55,130 nt of DNA from positions 1 through 55,130 of IMG/VR virus record IMGVR_UViG_3300005613_000080; one strand, 5' to 3'. Made by a program: the position numbers and the translations under genes. Positions 25,057-36,200 of the stretch are shown in pieces. Below the pieces are notes generated by a model. The model ran no database searches. It had not been told where the DNA came from and saw only the letters and a list, made by a program, of their open reading frames with translations. This DNA is from a virus. Lineage: Duplodnaviria; Caudoviricetes. Each line of letters opens with the position of its first letter. Position 1 is the stretch's first letter.

Positions 25057-27974
25057 CAGACATAAAGGACCGCATAGCCGTCCGTGCCGCCGCTGGCCGC
25101 CGTCATGGTGAGTAGTTTGAGACTACCAGAAACAGAGCTTTGATGCCTGATCTCAATAGTATCTCCGATACTCACTCCCGAAATCGAGCCGACTGTCGCA
25201 CCAGCGGCAATCAGGGTTGATGAGCCGCCCCCATTGAGCCGATAGGTCACGTTCCCCGTCGCGAAGCTGCTGGAGAGCGTGAAGGAGTGGCTTCCGGCAG
25301 CGTCCGCCGTGTAGGACGCCGACCACTCCAAGGTATCAAGGGCACCAAAGTTGAAGTCGCCCGTGAGCGCCGATGTGACCGTGAAACTGTGCTCAAGCTC
25401 GTACAGGCTCGTGTAGCTCGTCCCCTCGAAGTCATGCCGCGACCGCAGGCGGAACTCGAGCTCCGTCGGCAAAACTCCGTCGGTGGCCTTAAGGATCTCA
25501 AGGCGGGGGACTTCGCCACTCGCGGCCGATCCGAGGTCATAGGTCAGGAGGGTCGTCGGAGTGCCCGAGGGGTCGTCGATCACGACGACCTCGTGCGTCG
25601 TGTTGTTGATGGTCGGGAAGTCCGCGTAGAGCGTCGCCGCGTCGGTGAGGAGCGACTCGACCTCGTTCCCGTTGCGGAAGTCCCGACGGATGAAGTCCAT
25701 CGGGATCCCGTCAGCTTCTCCGGTTCCGCCGGCCTCGAGCGAGACGGATGCCGGATAGCTCAGGCTGTTGATCTCCCAGGCCGTCGGCGGATACGGGCGC
25801 CGCGTCCGGTTCTGCATCGAGAAGGAGATGGCGGTCGCATCGCCCTCGGCAACCGTGTCCGAGTAGTTCCGAGGCAGCAGGAGCACGTCCACGTTGTGAC
25901 CCGCAGGGATCGACTCGTTAGAAGTGTTAGCACCAGTGAACGCGAAGTAGACCGGCGTTCCAGCGGCGTGCTCACCTTGGACGGAATCCAGCGCGCCCCG
26001 ATAGACGTTGAGGAGATCGACTTCCGTGCCGGATCCGGCGACGGCATAACTCACGAGCATCCACTCGTTGCCAACAAGGACCAGGCCGCGCAGACCGATT
26101 CCCATTTCTTCCGCAGTTGGTGCATCAGCACTCGCGTTCGGAAGGGTGGCGAGTAGCGTAGCTTGCCCGTCCGGCGTCGAGTCGATCGTCAGGTTCGAAT
26201 CGAGAGCGGTGGACGAAGGAGTCAGGGCATCGGCGAGCTCGCCGATCTTGCAGAAACCGTAGCAGGTTCCGATGTCCGAGTACGCTCCCGAAGGCGTGCC
26301 GGCCGAGTGCCGCGCACGAATGATGAACTGCGAGGCCACGCTCTGCTGCCTGGCGAAAGCGTACACCTTATCGTCAGTCGGCCCGTTGCCGAAGAGGTCG
26401 CGTGCCGTGATTGCACGCGGCGCCTCGATGGCGACCTGTTCGGCAACGGGGAACGGCTCGAGGTCATCCGTCGGCGGTTCCCATGCGGTGCCGGGAGGAG
26501 GTCCGAAGCCGCCAGTCGTGGCGCGGAAAACGTCTTCCACGAGGTCGAAGGTGATCTTCCCATCGGCCAGGCTCCCACGGTCGATCTGCTTGACCCGCAT
26601 GACGAGTTCGTCGACCACCAGCCCACCGCTCGTGAATGAGAGCTTCACCGGGTCGAGCGGGTTGATGAGGTAGGTGCTCCGATCAGCCACGACGCGCGCC
26701 TGGGCGAGCGGACTCGACAAGGTGCGGATGTCGCGCCACGCGATGTTATCGGCGAGGGTCGGATCCTTGACGCCAGGGAAGAAGTCCGAAGCGCCGATCT
26801 GGCGCCCGTTCTGAATCGTCAGGTTCGCATCGTTCTGAGCCGTAGCGCTCGTCCTCTTGTAGTCGTCGGCACGATCGACGAAGCCGGCCTTGTAGATGTT
26901 GACCGTCTCCTGCCATGTGCCACGGGTGAAGACCTCGACGCTGATGACGTTCTCTCCGAGCTCGAGGTGCGGGATCGTCGCAACGTCGAAATCGTCTCGG
27001 GCAAGGTTGATCGACCACTTGCCAAGTCCGAGGTCGTAGTAGATCACGCCGTCGATCTGCTCGCTGACTCGCTGGATCATCGCGCTGATCGGCTCCTCTC
27101 GGTCGACGATCATCGAGAAGCCGTTGCCCTCGGTTCGGAGGATTTCGGCCGCAGCCTCGAAGCTCGCGGTGTCGATATCGGTCGAGGAGATGCCCATGCC
27201 CCACCGCTGATTCGTCATGCACTCGTAGATGACGTTCATCGGGTTAGCGTCGAGCTCGTTCACGTAAGGATCGGCCAGGCCCAGCCCATTTGCATCCGCG
27301 CTTGCGATGCGCTGGACCTCGGCAAACACGCCCTCGATGCTCGTCGAGTTGCCGACATAGTGGCGGCGCTGAATAGTCGGATCCACGAGGTCGAGATCCT
27401 GCGGAGCGAGATAGGCGTAGCCCCTATACGCCGGCATCACGCCGGACTCGCTGATGAACTGCGCGAGGTAAGTCGAAGCGGACTGCGACGAGTTGCCATC
27501 GAAGACCTGGAAGGTTCCCCCGTATCCGCCTGATCCGAGGTCGTCGCCACCAAAGAGATCTGGCTTGTTGATGGTGATGGTGTCGCCACCCGCGAACAGA
27601 GATGGTGACGCATCCGCAACCAGATTGTCGCCAATCCACAAGCGGCGGAACCCGTCAATCTGCCCCTCGCAGAACACGAGCTGCACGCCCATGTAGTAGC
27701 GGTATCCCTTGATGAACTCCTCCTTCGACCACAACCCAGTCTGAACTTCCTCGATGATCGGCTCTTGATAGAGGTCCCCATACCATACGACGTTAGGACC
27801 CTTGATCTTGACGGTGCCCCAGAGGAGAGGAACGCGACGATCCTCGCTCGCCGTCGGGAACTGGAAGTCGCCGATGCCCGAGGGCTTCGCGTCCTTGAGG
27901 TCTGGCTTCGGCCGCAAGACCTCCATCAGCACCGTGAAGAAGGCGTAGAGGAAAAGGGTCAGCCAGAAGCCCAC
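25056..27974 (-). CDS. Central tail-tip/host-specificity protein (GTA gp15/YuA-like)
   Basis: FPTA..RRVPLLWGTV, GYRYYMG, PAYRG, DANP motifs; GTG start overlaps the upstream TAG. Confidence 0.85.
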   Translation of the reverse strand: MGFWLTLFLYAFFTVLMEVLRPKPDLKDAKPSGIGDFQFPTASEDRRVPLLWGTVKIKGPNVVWYGDLYQEPIIEEVQTGLWSKEEFIKGYRYYMGVQLVFCEGQIDGFRRLWIGDNLVADASPSLFAGGDTITINKPDLFGGDDLGSGGYGGTFQVFDGNSSQSASTYLAQFISESGVMPAYRGYAYLAPQDLDLVDPTIQRRHYVGNSTSIEGVFAEVQRIASADANGLGLADPYVNELDANPMNVIYECMTNQRWGMGISSTDIDTASFEAAAEILRTEGNGFSMIVDREEPISAMIQRVSEQIDGVIYYDLGLGKWSINLARDDFDVATIPHLELGENVISVEVFTRGTWQETVNIYKAGFVDRADDYKRTSATAQNDANLTIQNGRQIGASDFFPGVKDPTLADNIAWRDIRTLSSPLAQARVVADRSTYLINPLDPVKLSFTSGGLVVDELVMRVKQIDRGSLADGKITFDLVEDVFRATTGGFGPPPGTAWEPPTDDLEPFPVAEQVAIEAPRAITARDLFGNGPTDDKVYAFARQQSVASQFIIRARHSAGTPSGAYSDIGTCYGFCKIGELADALTPSSTALDSNLTIDSTPDGQATLLATLPNASADAPTAEEMGIGLRGLVLVGNEWMLVSYAVAGSGTEVDLLNVYRGALDSVQGEHAAGTPVYFAFTGANTSNESIPAGHNVDVLLLPRNYSDTVAEGDATAISFSMQNRTRRPYPPTAWEINSLSYPASVSLEAGGTGEADGIPMDFIRRDFRNGNEVESLLTDAATLYADFPTINNTTHEVVVIDDPSGTPTTLLTYDLGSAASGEVPRLEILKATDGVLPTELEFRLRSRHDFEGTSYTSLYELEHSFTVTSALTGDFNFGALDTLEWSASYTADAAGSHSFTLSSSFATGNVTYRLNGGGSSTLIAAGATVGSISGVSIGDTIEIRHQSSVSGSLKLLTMTAASGGTDGYAVLYV

Positions 27975-28792
27975 TACTGCACTCCGTCGGTGAAGGGGTT
28001 GCGCGTGGGAACCGCGTGGAAGCCGCGGAAGTTTGTCCCCTGCGCGAACTTGGAAACGCAGACCGGGAGAGTGTGCGCGCAGCCGGCGCGGAGCGTGACT
28101 AACGTCGGCGTCTGCGGGAATGTCGTCAGGAGCTCGATCGTGTTCCCGACGTGCGAGATCACCATGCGGTGATCGCTGTCGCCGTCGATCGACGCGCGAC
28201 CCGCCTGAAACCATCCGTCAGGGTAAGCGGCAGCACCGGCCACCGTGAGCGTCCGGCCCGAGGACGACACCACGGAAGCGTTCTCGAGGCGGTTCGCCGA
28301 ACTGTTAGGGTCCGCCTGGCAGTAGCCCTCGTAGAGCACGTTGTTGCATTGAGACTGGTAGCCGTCGATCGGCATGGTCCGCCCTGATGCTGCGATGCGC
28401 GGCCTTGCCGTCGTCTTCGCCCGGTGCCCGTTCTGCGTGAACTGAACCGACTCTACCGCGCCCTCGAAGAACGTGCGGAGCTCAGGAGTCGGTAGGTCGT
28501 CGCGGTGATAGCGCGCCACGGTGACGGTGACGAGCTTGCCCGGCAAGGTCTGCGCGTAGTTCAGGACGAAAGGGTCATCGCCAGGCAGCTCGATCTCATA
28601 CTCCTGCGGAGTTTGCTCGCCGGCCTTGGTCTTGCCGGACTTGATCGCCTTCGGCGTATAGGTGTTGCCAGCCACGGTCACTTCGTCCTCGGCCGAGGTG
28701 TACCGATAGGGAATGTCTGAACCGATCTGGAAGGTATACACCTCGACCGGCTGGCCGCCCTCCGCGCTGACCTCGAAAGCGTCGAAGGTCAT
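27974..28792 (-). CDS. DUF2163/BR0599-type baseplate hub protein
   Basis: YQSQCNNVLY..YC, GC.HT..VC..KF, NFRGF..VP. Confidence 0.88.
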   Translation of the reverse strand: MTFDAFEVSAEGGQPVEVYTFQIGSDIPYRYTSAEDEVTVAGNTYTPKAIKSGKTKAGEQTPQEYEIELPGDDPFVLNYAQTLPGKLVTVTVARYHRDDLPTPELRTFFEGAVESVQFTQNGHRAKTTARPRIAASGRTMPIDGYQSQCNNVLYEGYCQADPNSSANRLENASVVSSSGRTLTVAGAAAYPDGWFQAGRASIDGDSDHRMVISHVGNTIELLTTFPQTPTLVTLRAGCAHTLPVCVSKFAQGTNFRGFHAVPTRNPFTDGVQ

Positions 28793-30534
28793 TCGAGAAC
28801 TCCCCGCACTCCTGCGGTGAAGCGAGCGGCACGGCCGCCTCGCTGATGTTGGATTCGGATGGTGTCCGAATCGAATCGGACCTTCTGCAAGAACATGATG
28901 CGAGCCACGTCCTCGATCGCGACATCACTCGGCCAGGTGTCGCCGAGCGTCAGCGTCTCAGTCGATCGGTCAGGAGCCTCGCTTGCAGATGTGATCGTTC
29001 GGTCGTAGGTCGTTCCGTCGTTGAGCTCGACTCGGAGCGCGGCGTTCGGCTCCTGCACGTTGACATCCTGGAGGTAGCCCGACCAGAAAACCGTCATCTT
29101 GTCGCTGCCGCTAACGAGGGCATCGCTCAGGACCAAATCCTCGCGGAAGGTCGGAAGGTAGAACGAGATGTGCCGGCCCCCGAGTGCGTGGAGGAGGCGC
29201 CGCACATTCCATCGAGCCTCGGGACCTATCGCGAAAAAGGACTTCGAGCGCGTGTTACGGGATCGCGGCTCGAAGGGCGTGATGTAGCGCACGCCGGTCT
29301 GCGAATCGACCTCGTAGAACGTCGTGGCGAGGCCGTCCCGAGTCGTCGTGCGCTGGGCATTGAAGTCGTCGAGGAGCACTTTCCCATTGAACGAAGAGAA
29401 GGCCGACGTTTCAGCGATGTCCACATCATTGTCGAGCACCTCGAAGTCGATGTTGAGCTCCCCGAGGTTGACCGGATAGCGCGCTCCCTCGAGGTTCGGG
29501 CGCAGTCGCGCCGGGACGACAGGAACGACGCGGGCGCCGACGGGATAACTCGCCGACAGGCCCGAGGCCAGCGTCAGCGTCGTCGAGGTCAGGGAGTTGA
29601 TCGTGCGGATCTCATAGTCGCCATCGGGCACGAAGATCAGCACGAGTCCGTCGACGCGGTAGTCCCGGAACTCGGTCGAGTTGACCGTGATCGTGGAGCT
29701 GCCGGCCGAAGCAGCGACCGCGAGCCGAACTTCGTGTTCCCACAACGGGCATCCCCACTGCGCCGTCTGCGCGGCCGCCAGCTTGCGGTCGATCTCAGAG
29801 CGGCGGCGGTCATCGTCAATGAGGTAGCGGTGCGAGAGGATCGCGCGAGGATTCTTGCGGAGTCTGATCCGTTGCTCTTTGCCTGCCTTATCGAGCACGT
29901 CCGTCAGGAAGATCATTGACTCGTCAATCTCGTCCTCCGGCACGAGGACGCCCTGAGACGTTGCGAACGGGACGATCCGCGTGAACTCGATGACGACCGG
30001 GCAGACTCCAGCGCTCCAGGTGAAGTCGATGGTCGAATCTACGACCGCATCGCCCTCGAGGAGAAAGCGCACCTTGACGTCATCGAGCTGAGTGAAGGCA
30101 GCGATCGTCGTCGGCAGCGAGGGCTCGTCTACAATGTCGATCCCAGGCCCGTCGTTGTTCGTCCACGAGTTCCAAGTCTGATCCGTTCGCCGATAGGCGT
30201 TGACGAGCTCCATGACCGTATCGGTGACTCCACCGATAATGCCGGGGCGGATAACTCGCGGGAGCACATGGACATCCTCGAACCAAATCGAGGTCGAAAC
30301 CGAATCGTCTCGAACTTGGCCGTTCAGCTCGCGCCCAGCGATCACCCTCGTCGGGTCATCGTTGGCAGCATCCGAGAATGCGCCGGGCAGACCACCGAGC
30401 ACCGTAGACTCGGGAAGCCACTCGTAGGCGTCGAAGGTTGGCGACGTTTCGACATGAAGCGAGATCCGGCGCCACGAGGGCGTGCCCAGCCCGTAGACGC
30501 TCTGGATCTCGGCCCCATCGTCTGCGATAGCCAT
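28789..30534 (-). CDS. Minor tail/distal tail structural protein
   Basis: EQRIRLRKNPR, L.GR..SFYLP and VRFDSD motifs; position after the tape measure. Confidence 0.75.
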   Translation of the reverse strand: MAIADDGAEIQSVYGLGTPSWRRISLHVETSPTFDAYEWLPESTVLGGLPGAFSDAANDDPTRVIAGRELNGQVRDDSVSTSIWFEDVHVLPRVIRPGIIGGVTDTVMELVNAYRRTDQTWNSWTNNDGPGIDIVDEPSLPTTIAAFTQLDDVKVRFLLEGDAVVDSTIDFTWSAGVCPVVIEFTRIVPFATSQGVLVPEDEIDESMIFLTDVLDKAGKEQRIRLRKNPRAILSHRYLIDDDRRRSEIDRKLAAAQTAQWGCPLWEHEVRLAVAASAGSSTITVNSTEFRDYRVDGLVLIFVPDGDYEIRTINSLTSTTLTLASGLSASYPVGARVVPVVPARLRPNLEGARYPVNLGELNIDFEVLDNDVDIAETSAFSSFNGKVLLDDFNAQRTTTRDGLATTFYEVDSQTGVRYITPFEPRSRNTRSKSFFAIGPEARWNVRRLLHALGGRHISFYLPTFREDLVLSDALVSGSDKMTVFWSGYLQDVNVQEPNAALRVELNDGTTYDRTITSASEAPDRSTETLTLGDTWPSDVAIEDVARIMFLQKVRFDSDTIRIQHQRGGRAARFTAGVRGVLE

Positions 30535-30537
30535 GCC

Positions 30538-31545
30538 CTACGAGAGCTCCTTGCGATAGGCGACGCCCATATAGCGGGTGCCGCCGACTTCCGTTTTTTC
30601 CACCGAAGGGAAGCAGACCCAAGTTTCCGATCCGATGGTGAGTTCTTCGCCCGGACTGATGCCGTCGAGAATGACTCCGCGCACGTCGGGATGCTCGCCC
30701 ATGTAGCGCAGTCGATCCGGCGTCGGTGAGACTTGCTCCGAGTAGGCCCAGAGCTGAATCGGCAGGAGGTTGATGAACCCGTTGATCCGGCCGCGCTTGA
30801 TGCTCCCGAGCGAGTGCATCAGAGGGCCGCCTCGGTAGCCTCCTTGGATCCTCATGCGAGGATTGCCCGCGCTGTCGGTCGTGTCGTCGCCAGCGAGCGC
30901 GCCTTTTACCGTTCCCCACTTCGAGGAGGGGTCTTGATCCGGGAACGATTCGACATGAATCGTAGGAAGCGAGCCGAAGTAGACGCTACTTGTCGGGCGT
31001 CTACTTCCATCCAGCAGATAGAGGCTGCCCTGTGAGGATCCGTTCGGAGCCTCAATCTGCCCGTAGCAATACTCGCCGCCGGTCCAGGTGCCGAACTTCT
31101 CCAACTCGCCGAAACCGAAGTGCGCGTGAGTCCCATCTGTTCGAGCGATCACGCAGTGGATGTAGGCAGGCGAGGCGTCTTGCTCGAAGAAGTAGTAGGT
31201 GTTTGCGAGCTCGTCAGTCGATCGCTTGAGGTTGACGTGACGCTCACGGTTGAGGAACGACGCCGCGACCGATGAGTTCGTGTTGTAGCCCGATCCAGAG
31301 TCGTCGGGATGGGCTCCGGGATCGTTGCCGGGGGTGTGACCGAGCGCCTGGTGGATCGAAGCGTACTGATCTCCCGTCGTCGCAGTCGCGTCGTAGCGGA
31401 AGGAGACGTAGATCGAGTTCTTGCTCAGGGCGAACTTGTTGGAACCCACCGAGTCGTCGATCGTCCATCCGTTCGCGCTGGCGAAGGTTTCCAGCTTGGC
31501 GAGTAGGTCAGCCGCGCCGTCCGTCGTTCCGGTCTGATAGGCCAT
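30538..31545 (-). CDS. Virion structural (minor tail) protein
   Basis: MAYQTGT..DLL..L..FA..NGW N-terminus; HFGFG.LEK.GTWTGG. Confidence 0.75.
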   Translation of the reverse strand: MAYQTGTTDGAADLLAKLETFASANGWTIDDSVGSNKFALSKNSIYVSFRYDATATTGDQYASIHQALGHTPGNDPGAHPDDSGSGYNTNSSVAASFLNRERHVNLKRSTDELANTYYFFEQDASPAYIHCVIARTDGTHAHFGFGELEKFGTWTGGEYCYGQIEAPNGSSQGSLYLLDGSRRPTSSVYFGSLPTIHVESFPDQDPSSKWGTVKGALAGDDTTDSAGNPRMRIQGGYRGGPLMHSLGSIKRGRINGFINLLPIQLWAYSEQVSPTPDRLRYMGEHPDVRGVILDGISPGEELTIGSETWVCFPSVEKTEVGGTRYMGVAYRKELS

Positions 31546-31549
31546 CGTC

Positions 31550-33214
31550 TTACTCCTCGCGAATCACCATGTAAGAGGTGTTCGGCTGCGTTCGGTTTCC
31601 CTGCGAGAAGACGCGATACCGGGCCGAACCGATCAGGAAAGTATCCCTGGTCGTGATATCGCCGACAGGGTAGGCGGCGACGTAGTAGACCGACTCCAGC
31701 TCGCCGAAGATGTCGTCGAGCATCGTCGCATTCGCTTCGGTGAGGTCGTGGCCGACGAGAGTTGCAGGGATGAGCAAGTATTTGTCGGATGCCCCATCTG
31801 GAGTCGGGAGGAGCTGAACCCGAGGCGCAGCCGGCAGTTGGTGGTCGATGATCTCGTCGTACCACTGTACCGCATTGTTGCTGTTGTTGAACACATCAAA
31901 CGGTTCGGGCGTCGATTCCTGATAGGGTGCGATGATCGGGTAGACCCCATGATGCTGAAAGCCATCCTGGTCATCATTCTGTCCCGTCCCGGCGTCGCTC
32001 ATGTCCATATTCAGCAGGCCGATCCACTGCGCTGATCCCGTGTCGTAGATGTGCGAGGAGCAAATGCCTCCAGGATCGAGGGAGTTCGCAGCTGCGGCAC
32101 CCACGCACTCGACAATGCCGGTGATGACCGGAGTGGTCTCTGCGTACTGCGTCTTTGTCCTCCACCCGCTCTGACCAATGAGCATCGGGTAGGGGAACTC
32201 GACCCGGCTGCCTGCCTGCGCGTAGAGCCCAGCGTACATCGACGGGTAGTGGAACACTGGAGTCGAGTCCGTGACCTCGAAGACCCCGACGATCCTTCGG
32301 TCGTTGATGCCGAACCAGAACGTAATCGGATAGCTCGCGTCCGTGTCCTTGAGAGGGATGCACGGGCAGTATGTGCCCAGGTTGCCGCCATTGTCGATGC
32401 CCGGCGACTTGTTCGGGTGCGCGTGAAGCGCCAGGCCCGGACTGTATGCAGGAAGCCCGACGATGTGCCAGTTCCTAACCGGCTCACTCCCCAAGAAGGC
32501 ATCTACCGTCGTGTAAGTTCGGATGGCGATGTAGGGGTCCGTGAAGCTGCCCGCAGTCGTGTGCATGATGACGACCTGATCCTGCGTGGTCGCATCTTGC
32601 CAGGTGACGGTTAGTTCGCATCCAGTCCCGGTCCCGCCGGAGACGATGACGTCATTCGAGGGAACCTCCTCGTAGTTCCCCTCGCTCACGAGAGTCACGG
32701 CAGTCACGACGCCGCCGGAAGTCGACGCGACCTCGAAGACCGCAGCGGGCGCGGCCGTGTCGACGCTAATGATGCCGCGCACACCGCCGACGAGGGTGAG
32801 CTGATCGCCGACCGTGTAGCCTGTTCCGCCGGCCCCGATCGTCGCGCTGACCGCTTCCTGACTCCTGCGATCCAGCGTCCAGCCTGTAGAGGCGATGGTC
32901 GTGGTGATCGTGCATCCGCTGCCGCCTCCGGTTTCAGCGGTCGTCGTTGCGCTCGCGCCAGGGTTCGCCGTATAGGCCCCGCCCCGCGCAATCCGAACGG
33001 TCGCAACGGCAGAGCCCGAAAGGGTCAGCACCTCAACGGCTGCGGTATGGCCTCCGACGACCGTACCACCGTTGATGGCAAGGATGTCCCCCACGGCGTA
33101 TCCCGATCCGCCCGCGCTGACCGTGACGGAATCTACATGGGCGTTGGTCGCAAGCTCGATCAGGTCTTGGAGCAGTTCCAAGTACCCGTCTGCGTTTCCG
33201 GTGTGCCAAGTCAT
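31550..33214 (-). CDS. Virion structural (minor tail) protein with GGxGY repeats
   Basis: AGGSGYAVGD and AGGTGYTVGD repeats; C-terminal GELESVYYV. Confidence 0.75.
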   Translation of the reverse strand: MTWHTGNADGYLELLQDLIELATNAHVDSVTVSAGGSGYAVGDILAINGGTVVGGHTAAVEVLTLSGSAVATVRIARGGAYTANPGASATTTAETGGGSGCTITTTIASTGWTLDRRSQEAVSATIGAGGTGYTVGDQLTLVGGVRGIISVDTAAPAAVFEVASTSGGVVTAVTLVSEGNYEEVPSNDVIVSGGTGTGCELTVTWQDATTQDQVVIMHTTAGSFTDPYIAIRTYTTVDAFLGSEPVRNWHIVGLPAYSPGLALHAHPNKSPGIDNGGNLGTYCPCIPLKDTDASYPITFWFGINDRRIVGVFEVTDSTPVFHYPSMYAGLYAQAGSRVEFPYPMLIGQSGWRTKTQYAETTPVITGIVECVGAAAANSLDPGGICSSHIYDTGSAQWIGLLNMDMSDAGTGQNDDQDGFQHHGVYPIIAPYQESTPEPFDVFNNSNNAVQWYDEIIDHQLPAAPRVQLLPTPDGASDKYLLIPATLVGHDLTEANATMLDDIFGELESVYYVAAYPVGDITTRDTFLIGSARYRVFSQGNRTQPNTSYMVIREE

Positions 33215-36200
33215 AGCCGCTGAAGAAGGCTAGGGTTCTTACGGATCACGTTGATGATTGCACGCTCGCCAGCCGGCGATTCCATCGTCTGAGTGATCTT
33301 GGACTCATCCTCGACAACATAGGTATTTACCACCGGCTGTGCAGGAGGAACGCTCACATTCACCACTGTTTCCCGAGGACTGCTCGCATTTGCAAGAGCA
33401 CCAACGGTCTGATCCGTGGGTGTGATACTGCCCGTCTGGCCCGGCGTGAACAGCTCCGGGCCTTCCTCACCCACAAGGAAGGGCTTGTTGGCAACAGCCA
33501 TCGTCGAGCCCGTAGCGGCAGCTTCAGGCGCTCCACCTGCAACGCCTGCCAGATCGCCAAAGAAGTTCCCGACCGGCCCGCCAACACCAGCGGCGGCCTG
33601 GAGCGCCTGTAGGAGGAGCAGGCGGGTAATGAGCCGCAAAATATCCTTGATCAGACTCGACGCGAACTCCCTGAAGGTCACAGAGCCGCCAGTGGCGAAA
33701 GCCACGAGCGCGTCCTCTGCTGCGGAGAACGCATTGACAAAGGCGGTTTCTGCAAGGGATGCCACGTCATTCAGCGAATCCGAGACTTTCTGCATCCCGG
33801 TCACGAGCCCATCGGAAACTGAGGTGCCCAGCTCGGCCTGCTCGAGCTTGACTCGGCGAAGCGCCTCCTCGTACTGCTGAAGGGTAAGGATACCCTCTGC
33901 ACGAGCTTGGAGAATCAAGGCTTCTTTCTCAGCCAGTTGCTCTTGCGGGCTGATCAGTTCGTTCTGAAGTTCGGCATACTGCCGCAGCACATCGTTTCGC
34001 TTGATAAGCGCCGCGATCTCCCCTTCCTGGGTCGGAGTCAGCGGAGCCTCACCAGCGCCCGCCAACTCCTCTTGTAGCGCAAGCAGTTCGCGCTGGATGT
34101 CGGCCTGAAGCTGCCCCTGCAACAGCGTAGTTCCGAGGACAAGCTGCTGTTCCTTGAGCGCCCGGGTGAAGTCATCGACCGCTGTGGTTCCCAGTTCGAT
34201 CTGTTCGAGCTTCACCCGACGAAGCGCCTCTTTGTACTGCTGAAGTGTGATGACGTCCTCATCGCGCGCCTGACGGATCAGGGCCTCTTTCTCGGCCAGT
34301 TTCTCTTGAGGGCTGACCAGTTCGTTCTGAAGCTCAATGAACTTACGAAGCTGGTCGTTTCGCCTGATGAGTGCCGCAATATCCTCTTCCTGAGTCGGAG
34401 TCAGCGGAGCCAAGCGCTCCTCGGCCAACTGTGCTCGAAGAGTGATCAGCTCGCGCTGGATATCCGCCTGGAGCTGCCCACTCGCCAAGGCAGTTTGCAG
34501 AACGCTCTGCTCGTCTCGGAGAGCCTGCGTGACCTTCGCCACCTCGTCGGCCTGAGCCTTGGCGGCGGCTGCTGCCTTGTTGCGTACCTCCGCTTCCTTT
34601 TCAAGCTGCTCGTTGGCAGTGCGCTGGCGTCCAATGGCTTCGGCTTCATCAAACAAGCCCGTCACGGCATCACCGAAGAACGTGAACTCGGTGAACTGCT
34701 TGGAGAAGGCACCCGCAGCCTCTTTACCAATCTCCCCAAACGTCTTACCCGCAGGCTCCTCAAGACGCGGAATCAAGCCGTTGAAGAAGTTGTCGTCAAA
34801 GTTCTCCCTGAAACGACCGCCAATGTCGCTGGTGGCCTTGTCGAACCCCTCCGAGATGGCATCGCCTGCCTCAGCAGCCAACTTCGCAGCCTTGGCGAAG
34901 TCTTGATCGAACAATGCGTCCAGAACTTGCCCGAACTTCGTCACAGCCGTCAGAATACCACCGAGGAAATCGCCCAGGACGCCCGCGCCCGTGTTGACGA
35001 TGGCGAGAATAGTCCGAGGAAGGAACTCCAGCGCCGAGGCGGCAAAGTTGACCGCCTTTCGGAAAGCCCTGTCAAAGATATCTGGAATGTTGCCAATAAG
35101 GCTGGCAATCGCAGACACCACCCCAAAGATCACCCCGTAAATAGTGTCGAAATACGTCGCAATCGCCTCAGCAAAACCCCGGAAGCTGAAGTCGATGTCG
35201 TCAATAATGCCTACGATGAAGTCGTATGCAGGACCAAGCGTTTCTTTGATTACCGAGAATATCGTTGAGAAGACATTGGAAACTCGATTACCAAATGCCC
35301 GGAACAGGTCGCCCAGAGTGGTGATACCGTCTCCGCTGATCAGGAGCCTATCGCGGAAGACGACCAAGGCCACGATCACAGCGGTCAGGGCCACCACGAT
35401 TGCGCCAATCGGGTTGGCAGCAATCGCAGCATTGACCGACAGCAACGCGGCTCTGGCCTTGGCAAGCGTTCGAGTAAAGATATTGGCCTGTGCGTTGGCC
35501 GCCGCCGTTGCACTAGCCAGTCGCGTCTCTGCTGCGGCAAGCGCAGCGTTATCCGCCGTGAGCTTCTTCTTCAGCGCAGCTTCTTTCTGAAGCAGCGAGT
35601 TCTCGACGACCTTTTGCTCATTGACAGCAGCCGTCGCGGAAGCCAGTCGCGTCTCTGCTGCGGCAAGCGCAGCGTTGTCAGCTATGAGCTGCTTCTCCAG
35701 CTTCTCAATAGCAATCAACTGCACAACACCATCACCAAAAATGGCGTTCGTGCCTGCTCGGGTGCTCGCCAGTTGCAGCTCTGCCTTTTGTGCTCCAATC
35801 GCCGCCTGCGTTTTGTTCGCAAGCGCCGCAGCACTCAACAGTTCAGCCTCGGCTTGCGCCAACGCCTGCGTAGTGCCCGCCACAGTCACGACGCCTCGCT
35901 GACGCTGGACTGCAAGATCCGACAGCGCCGTGCGCGTCTTTTGCACCTCGGCACCCGCCGCCTGTAACGCGGCTGCGGCCTGATCACGATCAAAGATCGC
36001 TTTCTGCTTCGCAGCCGCAGCCGATCCCAGAATCACGGCCCTGCCCGCCGCCACCGCCTGACGAAGCTCCACAAACGCCTGGATAGTCGGCGCGAGGCGC
36101 AGTGCAGCGAACGTCGCAGCAGCGACCGTCAGGCTTCGAGCCAAGGCATCGACGTTGTTCCCGACGAACCGAATAGCGGCTCCAAGGACCTGGAGGACGC

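Noticed and set aside
27975-28214. N-terminal 80 aa of the 1052-aa ORF call
   Set aside because: It overlaps the hub gene out of frame; the GTG at 27974 overlapping the upstream stop is the better start. Similar over-extended starts were trimmed for RNR, HD, the phosphoesterase and others.
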